Of a stretch of DNA of 64,000 nt, positions 45,712 through 56,013 are shown piece after piece. The notes below the pieces were generated by a model. That model searched no databases, was not told the origin of the DNA, and saw nothing but the letters and a program-made list of their open reading frames with translations. A program made the position numbers and the translations under genes. This DNA comes from Puniceicoccales bacterium (GTDB lineage Bacteria > Verrucomicrobiota > Verrucomicrobiia > Opitutales > JAIRLM01), in assembly GCA_031268795.1 (NCBI GenBank), contig JAIRWT010000008.1:66487-130486 (forward strand). Reading direction: 5' to 3'. The number at the start of each line of letters is the position of its first letter. Positions within the stretch are counted from its first letter, which is position 1.

Positions 45712-47497
45712 TATCTGTGTTGCAGGTCCACAGTTGGCACGAAAGAGGTCCTAGTGAATGCGGATCCGAGAGACGTTGGAGCGAATTCCCATTATAGAAT
45801 TGATGTCCGTCGGCGATGAGTTGGAAAGAGCCGCATGGAATATCCGGCAGCGGGAAATGCACGGTATGGAAATCGGGGTTGACTAAAAATAGTAACCGTT
45901 GCGATTCCTGGGATGCGTTCGCATTGTAGAGTGTGCCCAGGGCACTTTCGGAATCGGCGGTCGGAAAGAATTGAAAAAATCCTTCCGATGGGGCTTCCCT
46001 TTGCCGCAAGAGCTTTCCAGCCAATGAACGACGGAAGCGAATCCACTGTACTACGTAGGCATGCAATTGTTGAAATTGTTCCAGGCGTTCCGGGGAAAGA
46101 CGGTTTTTTTCGCCGTCCTTGTAGGTATTAGATACGCCGCCCTTTGAGCGGAGAAAATCTTGACCCTCGCTTAGCATGGGAACGCCGAGGCTCATAAATA
46201 GAATGGCAAACATAAGTCGTGTGCGTTGCAGATCGTTTGGACGCGGATAGCGGCCATCCTGTGCGTATGTTTCCGTGATACCATCAATCCAAACGCAATC
46301 ATCATGCGAAGCGGTATAATTGATGGATTGGATTGGCGCGCTGGTTAGGTGGGACGTGCAGCCTCCAAGGAAGTAGCGTAAGGCATCGCGGTTGCCAGTA
46401 TCTAATACGTAGTTGCGAATGGAATTGCGAAAATCATCATTCCAATAACTCCATGTTGTTGGTTTAAGATCTAGAGCACTATGTCCGCGGAAACTCCACG
46501 GTTCGGCGATTAGGTAAATGCTTTTTTTTATGGCCCGCAATTCTTTCTCGATGCACTTTAAAGTTTCCAAATCGATTAATTCTGCCAAATCGAAGCGAAA
46601 TCCATCCACGCCAAAGGTTTGCACCCAGTATTTGAGACTATCTAAAATCAGCCGCCGGGCCATGGGCGCTTCCGTACGGAGGTCATTTCCGCAACCACTG
46701 AAGTTGGTTAGCGTTCCATCCGCATTGGTGCGAAAAAAATAATCCCCACCCAACATGCGCAAATTATTTGGCTCGCCGACGTGATTATAGACCACATCCA
46801 AAATGAACTGAATGCCTTTTTTGTGGCACGCTTGAACAACGGCGACGAAATCAAAGAGTTGGGACCCATTGGCTTTATTTGTGGCATAGGCGCGAGTTGG
46901 CGCGAAATAATTCACTGGCATGTAGCCCCAGTGGTATTCGACGTCCGCAAGGCTATCGAATTCTTGTAGTGGCTGTAATTCCAGCGCATTGATACCTAAT
47001 TGATCCAAATAGGACCGTGGATTGGATAGCCAGCGGCAAAAAATTTCGTAGGTGGGGCGATCAAACTTATCCGTGCACAACCCCAACAGATCCGATAAAT
47101 GGCCCTCAAGGATGACCAGTTCTTCCATCGGAATTAAAGTATGGCGTTCGATGATCTGCGGCAGCCGGCTGCGATCGATGGAAATTCCCGGACCTCGCGC
47201 GGACAGTGAGGCCAGAGCATATGGATCCAAAATGTGGCTGTAATCTTCCCGGGAAATAGAAAATTCATTCTTGGGAACGCTTTGAATGACGTATGGAGTG
47301 CCGTCGAGATTTTGATTCGTTTGCGCTTCCCAAAGGCTTTCCGCTACTTCCCGTGCCGGGAGTGAATTTCCCAGTTGGGTTCCATGGCGGATGGAAAGTT
47401 CGCGGGCGTTTGGTGCGAAAATGCGGAATAGGGTCCCTGATGGGCAAGGGAAGGCGCCGAGTGGACTGTCGTAGTAAAGATCACAGGTCATGCCCAT
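45695..47497 (-). CDS. GH13 glycogen-debranching enzyme / type I pullulanase (GlgX-like)
   Basis: N-terminal CBM48-like region and the GH13 conserved regions DVVYNH, GFRFDLA, LIAEPW and YTASHDD. I trimmed the start to the ATG at 47497 (47491 also possible) to remove overlap with the ABC gene. Confidence 0.85.
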   Translation of the reverse strand: MGMTCDLYYDSPLGAFPCPSGTLFRIFAPNARELSIRHGTQLGNSLPAREVAESLWEAQTNQNLDGTPYVIQSVPKNEFSISREDYSHILDPYALASLSARGPGISIDRSRLPQIIERHTLIPMEELVILEGHLSDLLGLCTDKFDRPTYEIFCRWLSNPRSYLDQLGINALELQPLQEFDSLADVEYHWGYMPVNYFAPTRAYATNKANGSQLFDFVAVVQACHKKGIQFILDVVYNHVGEPNNLRMLGGDYFFRTNADGTLTNFSGCGNDLRTEAPMARRLILDSLKYWVQTFGVDGFRFDLAELIDLETLKCIEKELRAIKKSIYLIAEPWSFRGHSALDLKPTTWSYWNDDFRNSIRNYVLDTGNRDALRYFLGGCTSHLTSAPIQSINYTASHDDCVWIDGITETYAQDGRYPRPNDLQRTRLMFAILFMSLGVPMLSEGQDFLRSKGGVSNTYKDGEKNRLSPERLEQFQQLHAYVVQWIRFRRSLAGKLLRQREAPSEGFFQFFPTADSESALGTLYNANASQESQRLLFLVNPDFHTVHFPLPDIPCGSFQLIADGHQFYNGNSLQRLSDPHSLGPLSCQLWTCNTDINALQ

Positions 47498-49241
47498 GAG
47501 TGTGCGCAATGTAGAGCTGTTTGTAAAGACCGCCATCGCGCAGCAATTCCCCGTGGGTTCCACGCTGAACAATGGCACCGTCATCCAAAACAATAACTTC
47601 GTCCACGAATGAAAGCAAACTGAAGCGATGGGAAATGATTATTACCGTCCGACCGCTGAAGAGGGATTTTAGTGAATCGCGCAGATCGGATTCACTTTGG
47701 CTATCCAGGGCGCTTGTGGCTTCGTCCAATATCAGAAGTGGTGCATTTCGCAAAAATGCCCGGGCAATTGCAATGCGCTGCCGTTGCCCGCCGGAAAGTA
47801 AGTATCCGTCCTCGCCGATTGGCGTATGGAGTCCCTGCGGAAGTGCGTTAATGAATTTGTCCGCGTGGGCATTGCGAATGGCCATTTCCACGTCCTGTTG
47901 TGTGGCATCCAGCCGGCCCCAAAGGATATTTTCATAAACCGTCCCACTAACCAGTGTTGGTTCCTGAGGCACGAAGGCAATGCACCGGCGCAGATCTTCC
48001 GTTGCGAGATGGTTGATATTGACGCCGTCCACGGAAATGCGGCCACTCTGAATTTCATAAAATCGCAGCAGAAGACTTGCCAACGTTGTCTTTCCTGCAC
48101 CGCTTGGCCCCACGAGGGCGTAGCTGCGACCGGCTGGCAAACGCAGCGAAAAATGCTGCAAAACCGATCGATTTGGATCGTAGGAGAATGTAACATCGTC
48201 GAAGTGAATTTCTCCGCGGATATCATGTATGGAAGAGGGGTTATGCGGCGGGGAATCCACCTCCTTCTCATCCAAGAAGGATTCAATGCGAAATAAAGCG
48301 GAAAAAGAGCATTGCAAATTCCCATAGAGTCTTCCGATGTTTTTTACGGGTTCGTAGACAAGAAATAGCGCCGTTCCAAGGGCTAGGAAGGTATCTCCTG
48401 GAATGTGCAGGTGGTATCCGTGGCACACGGCGACACCAATGCCAATGGCCGCCCAAGTTTCAATGCTAGGAACGATGCAGTAATAAGCCTTGCAGGCGCG
48501 CAAATAAGCTTTGGAGTAGTCAGTGTTGCTGCGTCGATAATTGCGAGTTTCCCGGTCCTCCATCACGAAGGCGCGAACTTCTTGCGCCGTACTAAGATTA
48601 ACGGTCAGACGGGAAGTAAGATGAGAGATTTTTTCCTGGGCGATCAGGTTATACTCCCACACCCGGCGGCCAAAAAAAATAATGGGTATGGCACTCAATC
48701 CAATCAAAATAAGTAACAAAAGCATTGTCCAGCCATTGGCTACGCGCAAGCAGAGAAAAATAACTGCAATTATGCCACTGATTAGGGTTATGGGCCGTTG
48801 AAAAATTTCGTGGGCGATACTCACGAAACAGGATTGAATGGTGTTTACATCATTGGCCGCTCGCGAGATGACATCTCCGGCCGATGTTTTATGGAAAAAT
48901 GCCAATGGCAGAAGCTGAATTTTTTGAAATATTTTAAGACGTATGGACTTTAAAATAGCCTGGCCGACAACAGCCAAAAGATAGGTGTTTAAAAACCCGC
49001 AAATGCTGCGCACGAAAATGAGAACAAATGGAAGAAAACAATAATAAAGTAATAGCCAAGTGGCAATGTCATCCTGCGAAAAAACTTTTCCGATCAAATA
49101 TTTGAGTAAAATTGGAATACCGAATCCACTGGCAAAACCGTTGATAACTCCGGTAACAAGGGCAAAGAATATCTGCCAGCGACAAAATCGCAGTCCGTCG
49201 AGGTACTTCAGTATGGCGCTATAACGGACTTTTTTTCGCAT
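47481..49241 (-). CDS. ABC exporter, fused permease/ATPase (MsbA-like)
   Basis: Six-TM N-domain, Walker A GPSGAGKTT, signature LSGGQRQRIAIARA and Walker B LLILDEATSALD. Confidence 0.88.
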   Translation of the reverse strand: MRKKVRYSAILKYLDGLRFCRWQIFFALVTGVINGFASGFGIPILLKYLIGKVFSQDDIATWLLLYYCFLPFVLIFVRSICGFLNTYLLAVVGQAILKSIRLKIFQKIQLLPLAFFHKTSAGDVISRAANDVNTIQSCFVSIAHEIFQRPITLISGIIAVIFLCLRVANGWTMLLLLILIGLSAIPIIFFGRRVWEYNLIAQEKISHLTSRLTVNLSTAQEVRAFVMEDRETRNYRRSNTDYSKAYLRACKAYYCIVPSIETWAAIGIGVAVCHGYHLHIPGDTFLALGTALFLVYEPVKNIGRLYGNLQCSFSALFRIESFLDEKEVDSPPHNPSSIHDIRGEIHFDDVTFSYDPNRSVLQHFSLRLPAGRSYALVGPSGAGKTTLASLLLRFYEIQSGRISVDGVNINHLATEDLRRCIAFVPQEPTLVSGTVYENILWGRLDATQQDVEMAIRNAHADKFINALPQGLHTPIGEDGYLLSGGQRQRIAIARAFLRNAPLLILDEATSALDSQSESDLRDSLKSLFSGRTVIIISHRFSLLSFVDEVIVLDDGAIVQRGTHGELLRDGGLYKQLYIAHTHGHDL

Positions 49242-50209
49242 CCCTCACCCTTTCCCACACGTGTGCTATATCGTTCCCGTTCTAAAAGCGCTCCAACTAA
49301 AAGCAATCCCAATGTGCCGATTACGCCAAGCACCTGTTTCCATCCGCCAAAGGGATCTCCAAAGAAGATAATAGCAAGAATTACACCAAAAAGAATGGGC
49401 AAATTATTGCAAATGGCGAGTTCAGCAGAATTTACCCGCACCGATCCAAGATTCCACAGGTAATTTCCAAGACCACAACAAAACACGCCGAGAAACAGGA
49501 ATTCGCCGACCACGTGTTTCCAGTGAAAGTGTAAGATCTCTATGGGCAATGGACGGAAGGCTACCGTTGGAATCAATGCAATGGATGCGCCCAAATAAAA
49601 CCAGGCCATGGCGGAACTGTCCCTCATATGGAAGCGGTCATGCAACCGGCGATAAAGTAGTTGTCCTAAGACATAGCAGATGTTGCAGAGTTGTGAATAT
49701 AAAATTCCCAGCCATGGAAACTGTTCCGTGCCGTCAATAACCATTGCCAGGCGAGTGAAAGCAAGCGAGAGCAGGGCAATAAAAAATTGTCTCACCGAAA
49801 ATGTTCGCTGGAAAATTGTATTAAGTATGGGGACATAGATTGCCGTTGTCGTGCTAAGCATGGCGACAGTTCCAGGAGAGAGGTATTGGTAGGAATACTG
49901 GGAAAAAAGGTACATGAGTCCAAGCTGAATGGCTCCAATGGTCATGCATTGTACGCGGATTCCGACCGTGTCGTGGCGAAAAAGCATTGGTGAAAACATC
50001 ACCGCACCAAGGAGGACGAAGAAAAAACTCATCCATTGTGGTGGTACAAAATGAACTATGTCCGCGTTGATGCCATAGGAAAATCCCCATAGTAATGCCG
50101 TAATCAGCAGAAAAATCACAAAAGCATCCTCCCGCGTGCGTCCGAGACACACAACGCCTATTTTGCAGCGATTCGCGTATTGCCAACAAAAAACTTGATT
50201 TTCAGACAT
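49208..50209 (-). CDS. DMT/EamA-type membrane transporter
   Basis: About 10 predicted TM helices in two similar halves. The size and composition are typical of the EamA family. Confidence 0.6.
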   Translation of the reverse strand: MSENQVFCWQYANRCKIGVVCLGRTREDAFVIFLLITALLWGFSYGINADIVHFVPPQWMSFFFVLLGAVMFSPMLFRHDTVGIRVQCMTIGAIQLGLMYLFSQYSYQYLSPGTVAMLSTTTAIYVPILNTIFQRTFSVRQFFIALLSLAFTRLAMVIDGTEQFPWLGILYSQLCNICYVLGQLLYRRLHDRFHMRDSSAMAWFYLGASIALIPTVAFRPLPIEILHFHWKHVVGEFLFLGVFCCGLGNYLWNLGSVRVNSAELAICNNLPILFGVILAIIFFGDPFGGWKQVLGVIGTLGLLLVGALLERERYSTRVGKGEGCEKKSVIAPY

Positions 50210-50306
50210 TGAATAATTCTCGAAAATTTTTATTATTTTGCTGATTGTCGTGAGTCAAAGCCGGCTGGACATGCGGATACGACATGGGTTACTTTAGTTT
50301 CCACGC

Positions 50307-51113
50307 ATGGACGAGCAGTGCCTTGGTTGGAAATTTTGGTGGATGTTCACCCAGCTATTTATTGGATGCATATGTATTTTTTTCCGATGGACTCATAGGT
50401 TACGTGCGGAATATGCGCAACCGCTTGGCGCGTGGGAGACATCAAATTTTAACTTCATTATCTTTTTGTGGTTCTCCGGAATGTTTGTTCTCGGACTGAT
50501 TCCGCGGCCAACATTTGACGGGAAACACACAGAGTATATCGTTGAATGTATTTATCAGGGAATATTCTTGGCACTATTGACTTTTTTTATTCGACGAAAA
50601 GTCTTCAATTACGCCATCAAATTTAGTAATAAACCAATAACTTTCGGAAAATTGATCAAAGTTTCCGCTTTTTCTCACTTCTACCTCGCGCCACTTGTCT
50701 TTGCCATATCTGCCGTTTGGACTTTGTTTCTTACATTTATCAATCAAATTGGATTTTCCATTTCCCTAGAACGGCAGGAACTTTTGCTTCTATTGGAAGA
50801 TAATCCACCTTCGGCCTGGGCCGTTCCGATCATATTTACTGCGGTTGCCATCGCTCCGGCATGCGAGGAACTTATTTTTCGAGGTGGAATTTATCGCTTT
50901 CTTAGAGGGAAAACATCTCCAATATTTGCCACACTATTAACCGGAGCAATTTTTGCACTGCTTCATTGGAACTGGAGCGCTTTCCTTCCATTATTTTTCT
51001 TGAGCATTTTTCTTACGCACCTTTACGAGCGAGAGGGATCACTTCATGTGCCAATTATCGTCCACGGACTGCTGAATGCGAACAGCATCGTACTCGCATT
51101 GCTACCTGACTAA
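50307..51113 (+). CDS. CPBP family intramembrane metalloprotease (CAAX protease/Abi-like)
   Basis: Polytopic protein with the motifs EELIFRGG, FALLHWN and HGLLN characteristic of the CPBP family. The start is uncertain. Confidence 0.75.
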   Translation: MDEQCLGWKFWWMFTQLFIGCICIFFRWTHRLRAEYAQPLGAWETSNFNFIIFLWFSGMFVLGLIPRPTFDGKHTEYIVECIYQGIFLALLTFFIRRKVFNYAIKFSNKPITFGKLIKVSAFSHFYLAPLVFAISAVWTLFLTFINQIGFSISLERQELLLLLEDNPPSAWAVPIIFTAVAIAPACEELIFRGGIYRFLRGKTSPIFATLLTGAIFALLHWNWSAFLPLFFLSIFLTHLYEREGSLHVPIIVHGLLNANSIVLALLPD

Positions 51114-51130
51114 ATTTGTGCTTCCCGTAA

Positions 51131-52363
51131 GTGGCGGACATCTTAAGCATGGTGTCAGTGCTTAAATGTTTATTAGCCCGGTTGCGAAAACGACGAGAAC
51201 GCACTGCGGCGCGAAATTTGCTTTCACATGCGCAAAGGGTCCTCAACTATCGGCGCGGACAACTTCCGGCGGAACAGGAGGAAATTTTGTCCTCCCATGT
51301 GGCGATTTTAAAAAAAAATTGGCGCTCTATTCCAGCCGAGCGCATGGAAAAAATTCGCGAACATCTGATTGCCGTGGGCGGGAACATATACCCCATGTGC
51401 CATTGGACGGATGCCGTTGAGGCATTTTTAATGGCGATTATCGTTGCCGTTGGTTTTCGCGCTTTTTTCGTGCAAACATTTACCATTCCAACGAATTCCA
51501 TGCTCCCATCATACCATGGAATGACTGCGGAACTTTTCAATGGTAGCGATCACGGTTTTTTAGGCAGCTTCATTCGCGGTATTACACATTATGCACCAAA
51601 AACGCAAAGCGGTGGCCGAGTATTTATTCCACTCAATGGTCGCGCGGAAGCAAGTAGGCATCATTCATTAGTTTTCTTCGAGCGCACATATAAACGATCA
51701 CGCTTTTTTATTCCAAGACAGATTCGCCGCTATCAATTATTGGTTGATGATGAGCCCATTCATATCGATGTTCCGGCGGAATTTGATTTGGAAAGTATTT
51801 TGATGGCACAATTTTGTCCTCGGGTGTCTTCGAAGAAAATTGCGAATGCCTTTGATGAATTTCCACTGGTCCATCGCAAAGGGCGAATTTTTTTGGATAC
51901 CGGAATTAACGTCATGCCAAATTCTCCGATAATTACGTTTAATCTGCAAAGAGGGGACATATTATTCGTCGAAAGATTGTCGCGGCACTTTTCCCCGCCG
52001 AAGCGGGGCGACGCCGTTATATTCGCCGCATGGCAAATTGCTGGACTGAAAAGGGACAATCGTTATTATATTAAACGCCTGGTTGGCTGGCCGGGCGATA
52101 TCTTATCCATCCGCGACGGAAAACTTTTGCGGGACGAAATTTTGGCTAACGATTCTCGGGCGATGGAAAAAAATAATGAAAAAGGCGAATATTTTCCCTA
52201 TGGTTTGCTGAACGGGAAAAGTTCCACGGTCCCGGACGGACATTTTTTTGTTATGGGGGATAATTCAGCCAATAGCTACGATAGCCGTTTTTTTGGGTCA
52301 ATTCCAAAGGCCGCTGTCATTGGCCGTCCACTGTGGATATTCTTTCCATGTCGCGACAAATGA
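51131..52363 (+). CDS. lepB: signal peptidase I
   Basis: Catalytic Ser box PTNSMLPSY, Lys box YYIKRLVGWPGD and the GDNSANSYDSRFFG box. It has a long N-terminal extension with a TM helix. Confidence 0.88.
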   Translation: MADILSMVSVLKCLLARLRKRRERTAARNLLSHAQRVLNYRRGQLPAEQEEILSSHVAILKKNWRSIPAERMEKIREHLIAVGGNIYPMCHWTDAVEAFLMAIIVAVGFRAFFVQTFTIPTNSMLPSYHGMTAELFNGSDHGFLGSFIRGITHYAPKTQSGGRVFIPLNGRAEASRHHSLVFFERTYKRSRFFIPRQIRRYQLLVDDEPIHIDVPAEFDLESILMAQFCPRVSSKKIANAFDEFPLVHRKGRIFLDTGINVMPNSPIITFNLQRGDILFVERLSRHFSPPKRGDAVIFAAWQIAGLKRDNRYYIKRLVGWPGDILSIRDGKLLRDEILANDSRAMEKNNEKGEYFPYGLLNGKSSTVPDGHFFVMGDNSANSYDSRFFGSIPKAAVIGRPLWIFFPCRDK

Positions 52364-53619
52364 TAAATACGAGCAAAAACCAATTTTTGAAATCAAAGCC
52401 GACGCGAATTGGTATCATTGGATCGGGTGTAACCGGTCGAGCTGTTGCTCAGTTTTGCCATGAATGCGATATCCATACATGCTCCTTCGATGACGAACAT
52501 AGTCCAAATTGTGAGTTAAGTGATTGCACATATATAGTTTATAGTCCTGGCGCCATCAATTCGCCGTTTTTGCGCGAAGCCAGACGGGCTGGTATTTTTT
52601 GTATGAACGATTTGGATTTTGCGCAAAATTTTTACGAAAATCGGACCATTGCCGTAACGGGGACAAATGGGAAAACATCCACGGCGGAGATGCTCCACCA
52701 CATTTTAAAAAAATTCCATATCCCGTCGCTGCTAACGGGGAACATAGGAATTCCGCCCATTTCTCGCATACGGCAATTTAACGGAAACCCGGAAATGTGG
52801 AATATTTGCGAGGTCAGCTCGTTCCAGGCACAAGATTTAACAATTTTTCATCCGGACTATGGCCTGTGGACCAATTTTTCCCATAACCACATGGATGTGC
52901 ATGGAACTTTGGAGGATTACTTTTGGGCCAAGTGGAATCTGATGCGACGGGTCCGCGAGGCCGCGATAGTTAATGCGTCCGTGTTTCGCTGGCCATTCGC
53001 CGGGAATCTTTCGCTGGATCGAATTTTTACTGTTCGGGATGAGAAAATACCCGAAACCGTACTTTCGTGTGCGCATCAAATGTGCAATTTCCTCCTTATC
53101 CGTGCGTTGCTTGAAAAAATCATCCCCAATCAGCCGATTGATCCGCATCTGTTGAAAGATTTTCATTTTCCACCCCATCGATTGCATGTCTGTGGAACGG
53201 CTGGAAATTTGACCTTTTGGAATGATTCCAAGGCTACGAATTCTGCCGCGGTAAGGGCAGCTATTGCACATGTGAAAAAATTTTGCGATCATCTCGTTTG
53301 GATCACCTGTGGCAGATCAAAAGGGGAGCCTATGAAAAACTTTCGACACGTTGTTGATGCTTCCGATATGGTACTGGTTATGGGAGAGGTTGGAGGATTT
53401 TTTTTGACGAGTTTTCCATTGTCGAAAGTACGCCATTGCCAAGATGACGGAGCTCTAATTGAGCAAATTTATGCCTGCGTTAATGCCCATGCGCAAAAAA
53501 AATGCGCCATTTTACTGAGTCCCGGATTTTCAAGCTTTGATCGATTTCAAAATTACGAGAACCGCGGACACTGGTTTGAATGTATATCGGAACAGGTTAT
53601 CCGTAGAATTGGGCGTTAG
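52360..53619 (+). CDS. murD: UDP-N-acetylmuramoylalanine--D-glutamate ligase
   Basis: N-terminal Rossmann motif IGIIGSGVTG and Mur ligase P-loop VTGTNGKTST. The start at the ATG at 52360 forms an ATGA overlap with the lepB stop. Confidence 0.88.
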   Translation: MINTSKNQFLKSKPTRIGIIGSGVTGRAVAQFCHECDIHTCSFDDEHSPNCELSDCTYIVYSPGAINSPFLREARRAGIFCMNDLDFAQNFYENRTIAVTGTNGKTSTAEMLHHILKKFHIPSLLTGNIGIPPISRIRQFNGNPEMWNICEVSSFQAQDLTIFHPDYGLWTNFSHNHMDVHGTLEDYFWAKWNLMRRVREAAIVNASVFRWPFAGNLSLDRIFTVRDEKIPETVLSCAHQMCNFLLIRALLEKIIPNQPIDPHLLKDFHFPPHRLHVCGTAGNLTFWNDSKATNSAAVRAAIAHVKKFCDHLVWITCGRSKGEPMKNFRHVVDASDMVLVMGEVGGFFLTSFPLSKVRHCQDDGALIEQIYACVNAHAQKKCAILLSPGFSSFDRFQNYENRGHWFECISEQVIRRIGR

Positions 53620-53735
53620 GGCACGGCACTTGCGACAATTTAACCGTCCTCAATGTTTCGCAGATTAAAAGACTATGAACACGTATTCTCGCTTTTTGTC
53701 AAAACGGACATCATTTACTTGGATTGATATACTTT

Positions 53736-53751
53736 GCCTCGTTGCCGAGGC
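53736..53751. terminator. GC-rich hairpin (possible terminator between convergent murD and 53775-54098)
   Basis: GCCTCG-TTGC-CGAGGC (6-bp stem) followed by GCTTTACT on the plus strand. The T-run is weak. Confidence 0.3.
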
Positions 53752-53774
53752 GCTTTACTAATACGTAACATGCC

Positions 53775-54098
53775 CTAGATTTGCGATTTTACCTCGCCCT
53801 TAGCAATAAGCTCAAAATACGTAATCTCGTCCTCGCGTACCATTGCTAAACTGCCGCAAGACTCCCTAATTTGGCACAGCAAAGCTGTTACGGCCGTAAA
53901 ACACATTAATGCGTCATATGGAATAGCCAACACCTTAAAAGAAACATCGTAGCTTTTTGTTCTCACTCTCGCATAATATGCGGTACCACCCTTGTAATCA
54001 TCGCCCAATTTTTTGGCCATAATACCACCTGGTCGGACTGGCAAAAATCTTATATTTAATTCATCAAAATCCAATGACATAGAGATACTTTTGCGCAC
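53775..54098 (-). CDS. hypothetical small soluble protein (101-107 aa)
   Basis: ORF with a GTG start at 54098 or an ATG at 54080 (MSLDFDEL). It looks like a mixed alpha/beta protein. I recognise no family. Confidence 0.45.
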   Translation of the reverse strand: MRKSISMSLDFDELNIRFLPVRPGGIMAKKLGDDYKGGTAYYARVRTKSYDVSFKVLAIPYDALMCFTAVTALLCQIRESCGSLAMVREDEITYFELIAKGEVKSQI

Positions 54099-54276
54099 AA
54101 AAGGAAGCAGCGCAAAAAGAAAATCAACTTACGCCGAAATTTTACATTCGCAAAAAATTTAATATAACCCTACTTTGTTAGCGCGATGCTTTCGCTTATT
54201 CTCACATGTTAGGTGTAATGCTTCCTCAAACAGCAGGCGCCCAAGATAATCCAGATGTGGCGGGATTGAAAACAGC

Positions 54277-54837
54277 GTGGAGTCTTATGATTACCAGACG
54301 GATAAACTCACTGCGGCACTTAAAGGACATGATGGGGCGGCTGTTTATTATAATTCAAAAGGAGTCCGCTGTTTTGCCGGTCCAGTTCCAGCAGGAGATA
54401 ATTTAAAAAAGATAACCGATGATGTTGTTGTTGTGCGTTTGGGCGCTGGGCATTCAGGAGCAAGCATGCTATGGTTTGTCAAGGATGAGAAATATGTCAG
54501 CTTGGCAAAGGAGATTAATTATAGGCTTGTTGGGAGTCATAGGACAACCTTTCGATGTCTCATTGGCGTTGAAATGGAAGCCGTAGCCTTTGACGCGATG
54601 CCGCCTCCGGAGCCGTGGTCACAGCATGTTTTAGCTAAAATCGGTGATGGAGGATTTGCTTCCGCTGTCATGTCCATTTGTGCGCTGGTTACGTTCTTTG
54701 CCAATGCAATGTTTTCCGGTGCGACGAGTTGGGCTCCGCTTGGTGTGTCGTTGGTACTGCTCATTGCTGGACTTATTATTGGCGCCGGAAGTCGTTTTTT
54801 GTATCGGCAAATGGTGGCTCCGGAAACTGGAGCTTGA
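54277..54837 (+). CDS. hypothetical protein with C-terminal bilobed hydrophobic domain
   Basis: 186 codons with a GTG start. A soluble N-domain is followed by FASAVMSICALVTFFANAMF-SGATSW-APLGVSLVLLIAGLIIGAG, two TM-length segments joined by a 6-aa loop. Confidence 0.5.
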   Translation: MESYDYQTDKLTAALKGHDGAAVYYNSKGVRCFAGPVPAGDNLKKITDDVVVVRLGAGHSGASMLWFVKDEKYVSLAKEINYRLVGSHRTTFRCLIGVEMEAVAFDAMPPPEPWSQHVLAKIGDGGFASAVMSICALVTFFANAMFSGATSWAPLGVSLVLLIAGLIIGAGSRFLYRQMVAPETGA

Positions 54838-55067
54838 TCATCGTAGCTTTTTAAGCTTCGGTTGATAAACTTGCGTTTTTCGAGTCTGCCCATCAGGCAT
54901 TTTAGGCGGCCCTTAAATTTCGCATTTTAAACCCCGGTTGCAAAGATGGCTTCTAGGGCGCGCACTTGACTTATTTCGCGAGCGCGTTACAAGTCTTCAC
55001 GGTGGCTAACCCGGCTTGTAAGTTTGATAAAATAATATCTAATCGCGAATCATCGGTGCGAAGATTT

Positions 55068-55337
55068 ATGATGAACGTATTCCCGCATATTTCGACAGTC
55101 ATGCTTGCTGCAAGTTGTTTATGTGCAGCAGTTGGATACAGCAAATGTTATTACATCTTCACGGGTGGCAGTTTCGATACAGCGGCACAAATGATCCTAT
55201 TCCATTGGATCGGCGGCGCAATCCTCCTTGCGTGTGGCCCAATGGCGGTAAGCGCAATTCAGTCTTTTTATCTCAATTATATATGTGAGCGAAATATGAA
55301 AATTGCTTTCTGGAGGGAAAAGAAAACTACCACCTGA
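55068..55337 (+). CDS. hypothetical small membrane protein (two TM segments)
   Basis: From the ATG at 55068: MMNVFPHISTVMLAASCLCAAVGY...MILFHWIGGAILLACGPMAVSAI. The longer TTG-initiated ORF begins at 54966. Confidence 0.45.
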   Translation: MMNVFPHISTVMLAASCLCAAVGYSKCYYIFTGGSFDTAAQMILFHWIGGAILLACGPMAVSAIQSFYLNYICERNMKIAFWREKKTTT

Positions 55338-55379
55338 TGATTTTCATATGTAACAAATCAAACAATGAACCAGCTCGGT

Positions 55380-55937
55380 TTATTTTTTAGCCGTCGTTGC
55401 ATCCGCCAAAAGGCCACCACCCGTACCACCAACAGCTGCCCCTATTCCAATGCCAAGCGCTACGCCTACGGGACCGCCCAAAAGTCCAACGGCACAACCA
55501 ATTCCGGCGCCGGACAATCCACCAGTAAATATTCCACCGCCAACCCGTACATTGCGACAACCCCTATCGTAGGCTTCGTTGGCGGCCCTTGTGTCCGCTG
55601 CCACCTGATACTTGCAACACTCATCATTATAAACCGCCAGCTCATTATTAACACACTGCAATATTACTCCTATCAGTCCTGCATAGCACTCAAACTCATC
55701 CGCCAACAATAATTGCGACAAGGCCAATTGTACCGCATTTCCTTGTCCGCGTTGCCTTACGGCCAAGCTTGCGTAACCGTGCGCCAATGCCACCTGCGTG
55801 GGCTCCGGCAGCCTACTAATTTTAGCGAGTGCATCCCTAAGCACCAAAGTTCTGCCGTTAATATTCTCCAAGGTCATACTCTCCATCGATACCGACATAG
55901 TGATGTCATTCGCGTATTTAAGGTGGTGGAAATTCAA
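55380..55937 (-). CDS. hypothetical protein with C-terminal glycine-zipper tract
   Basis: 185 codons. The C-terminus is GGGIFTGGLSGAGIGCAVGLLGGPVGVALGIGIGAAVGGTGGGLL. The start is uncertain (ATGs at 55937, 55898 and 55886). Confidence 0.5.
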   Translation of the reverse strand: MNFHHLKYANDITMSVSMESMTLENINGRTLVLRDALAKISRLPEPTQVALAHGYASLAVRQRGQGNAVQLALSQLLLADEFECYAGLIGVILQCVNNELAVYNDECCKYQVAADTRAANEAYDRGCRNVRVGGGIFTGGLSGAGIGCAVGLLGGPVGVALGIGIGAAVGGTGGGLLADATTAKK

Positions 55938-56013
55938 GTTCGCCCAAAGTGATTACGGATTTTTCTGCTATGTAAGAAATTATAACACTTGCTCGCCGTG
56001 CTGCGTGGTAAAA

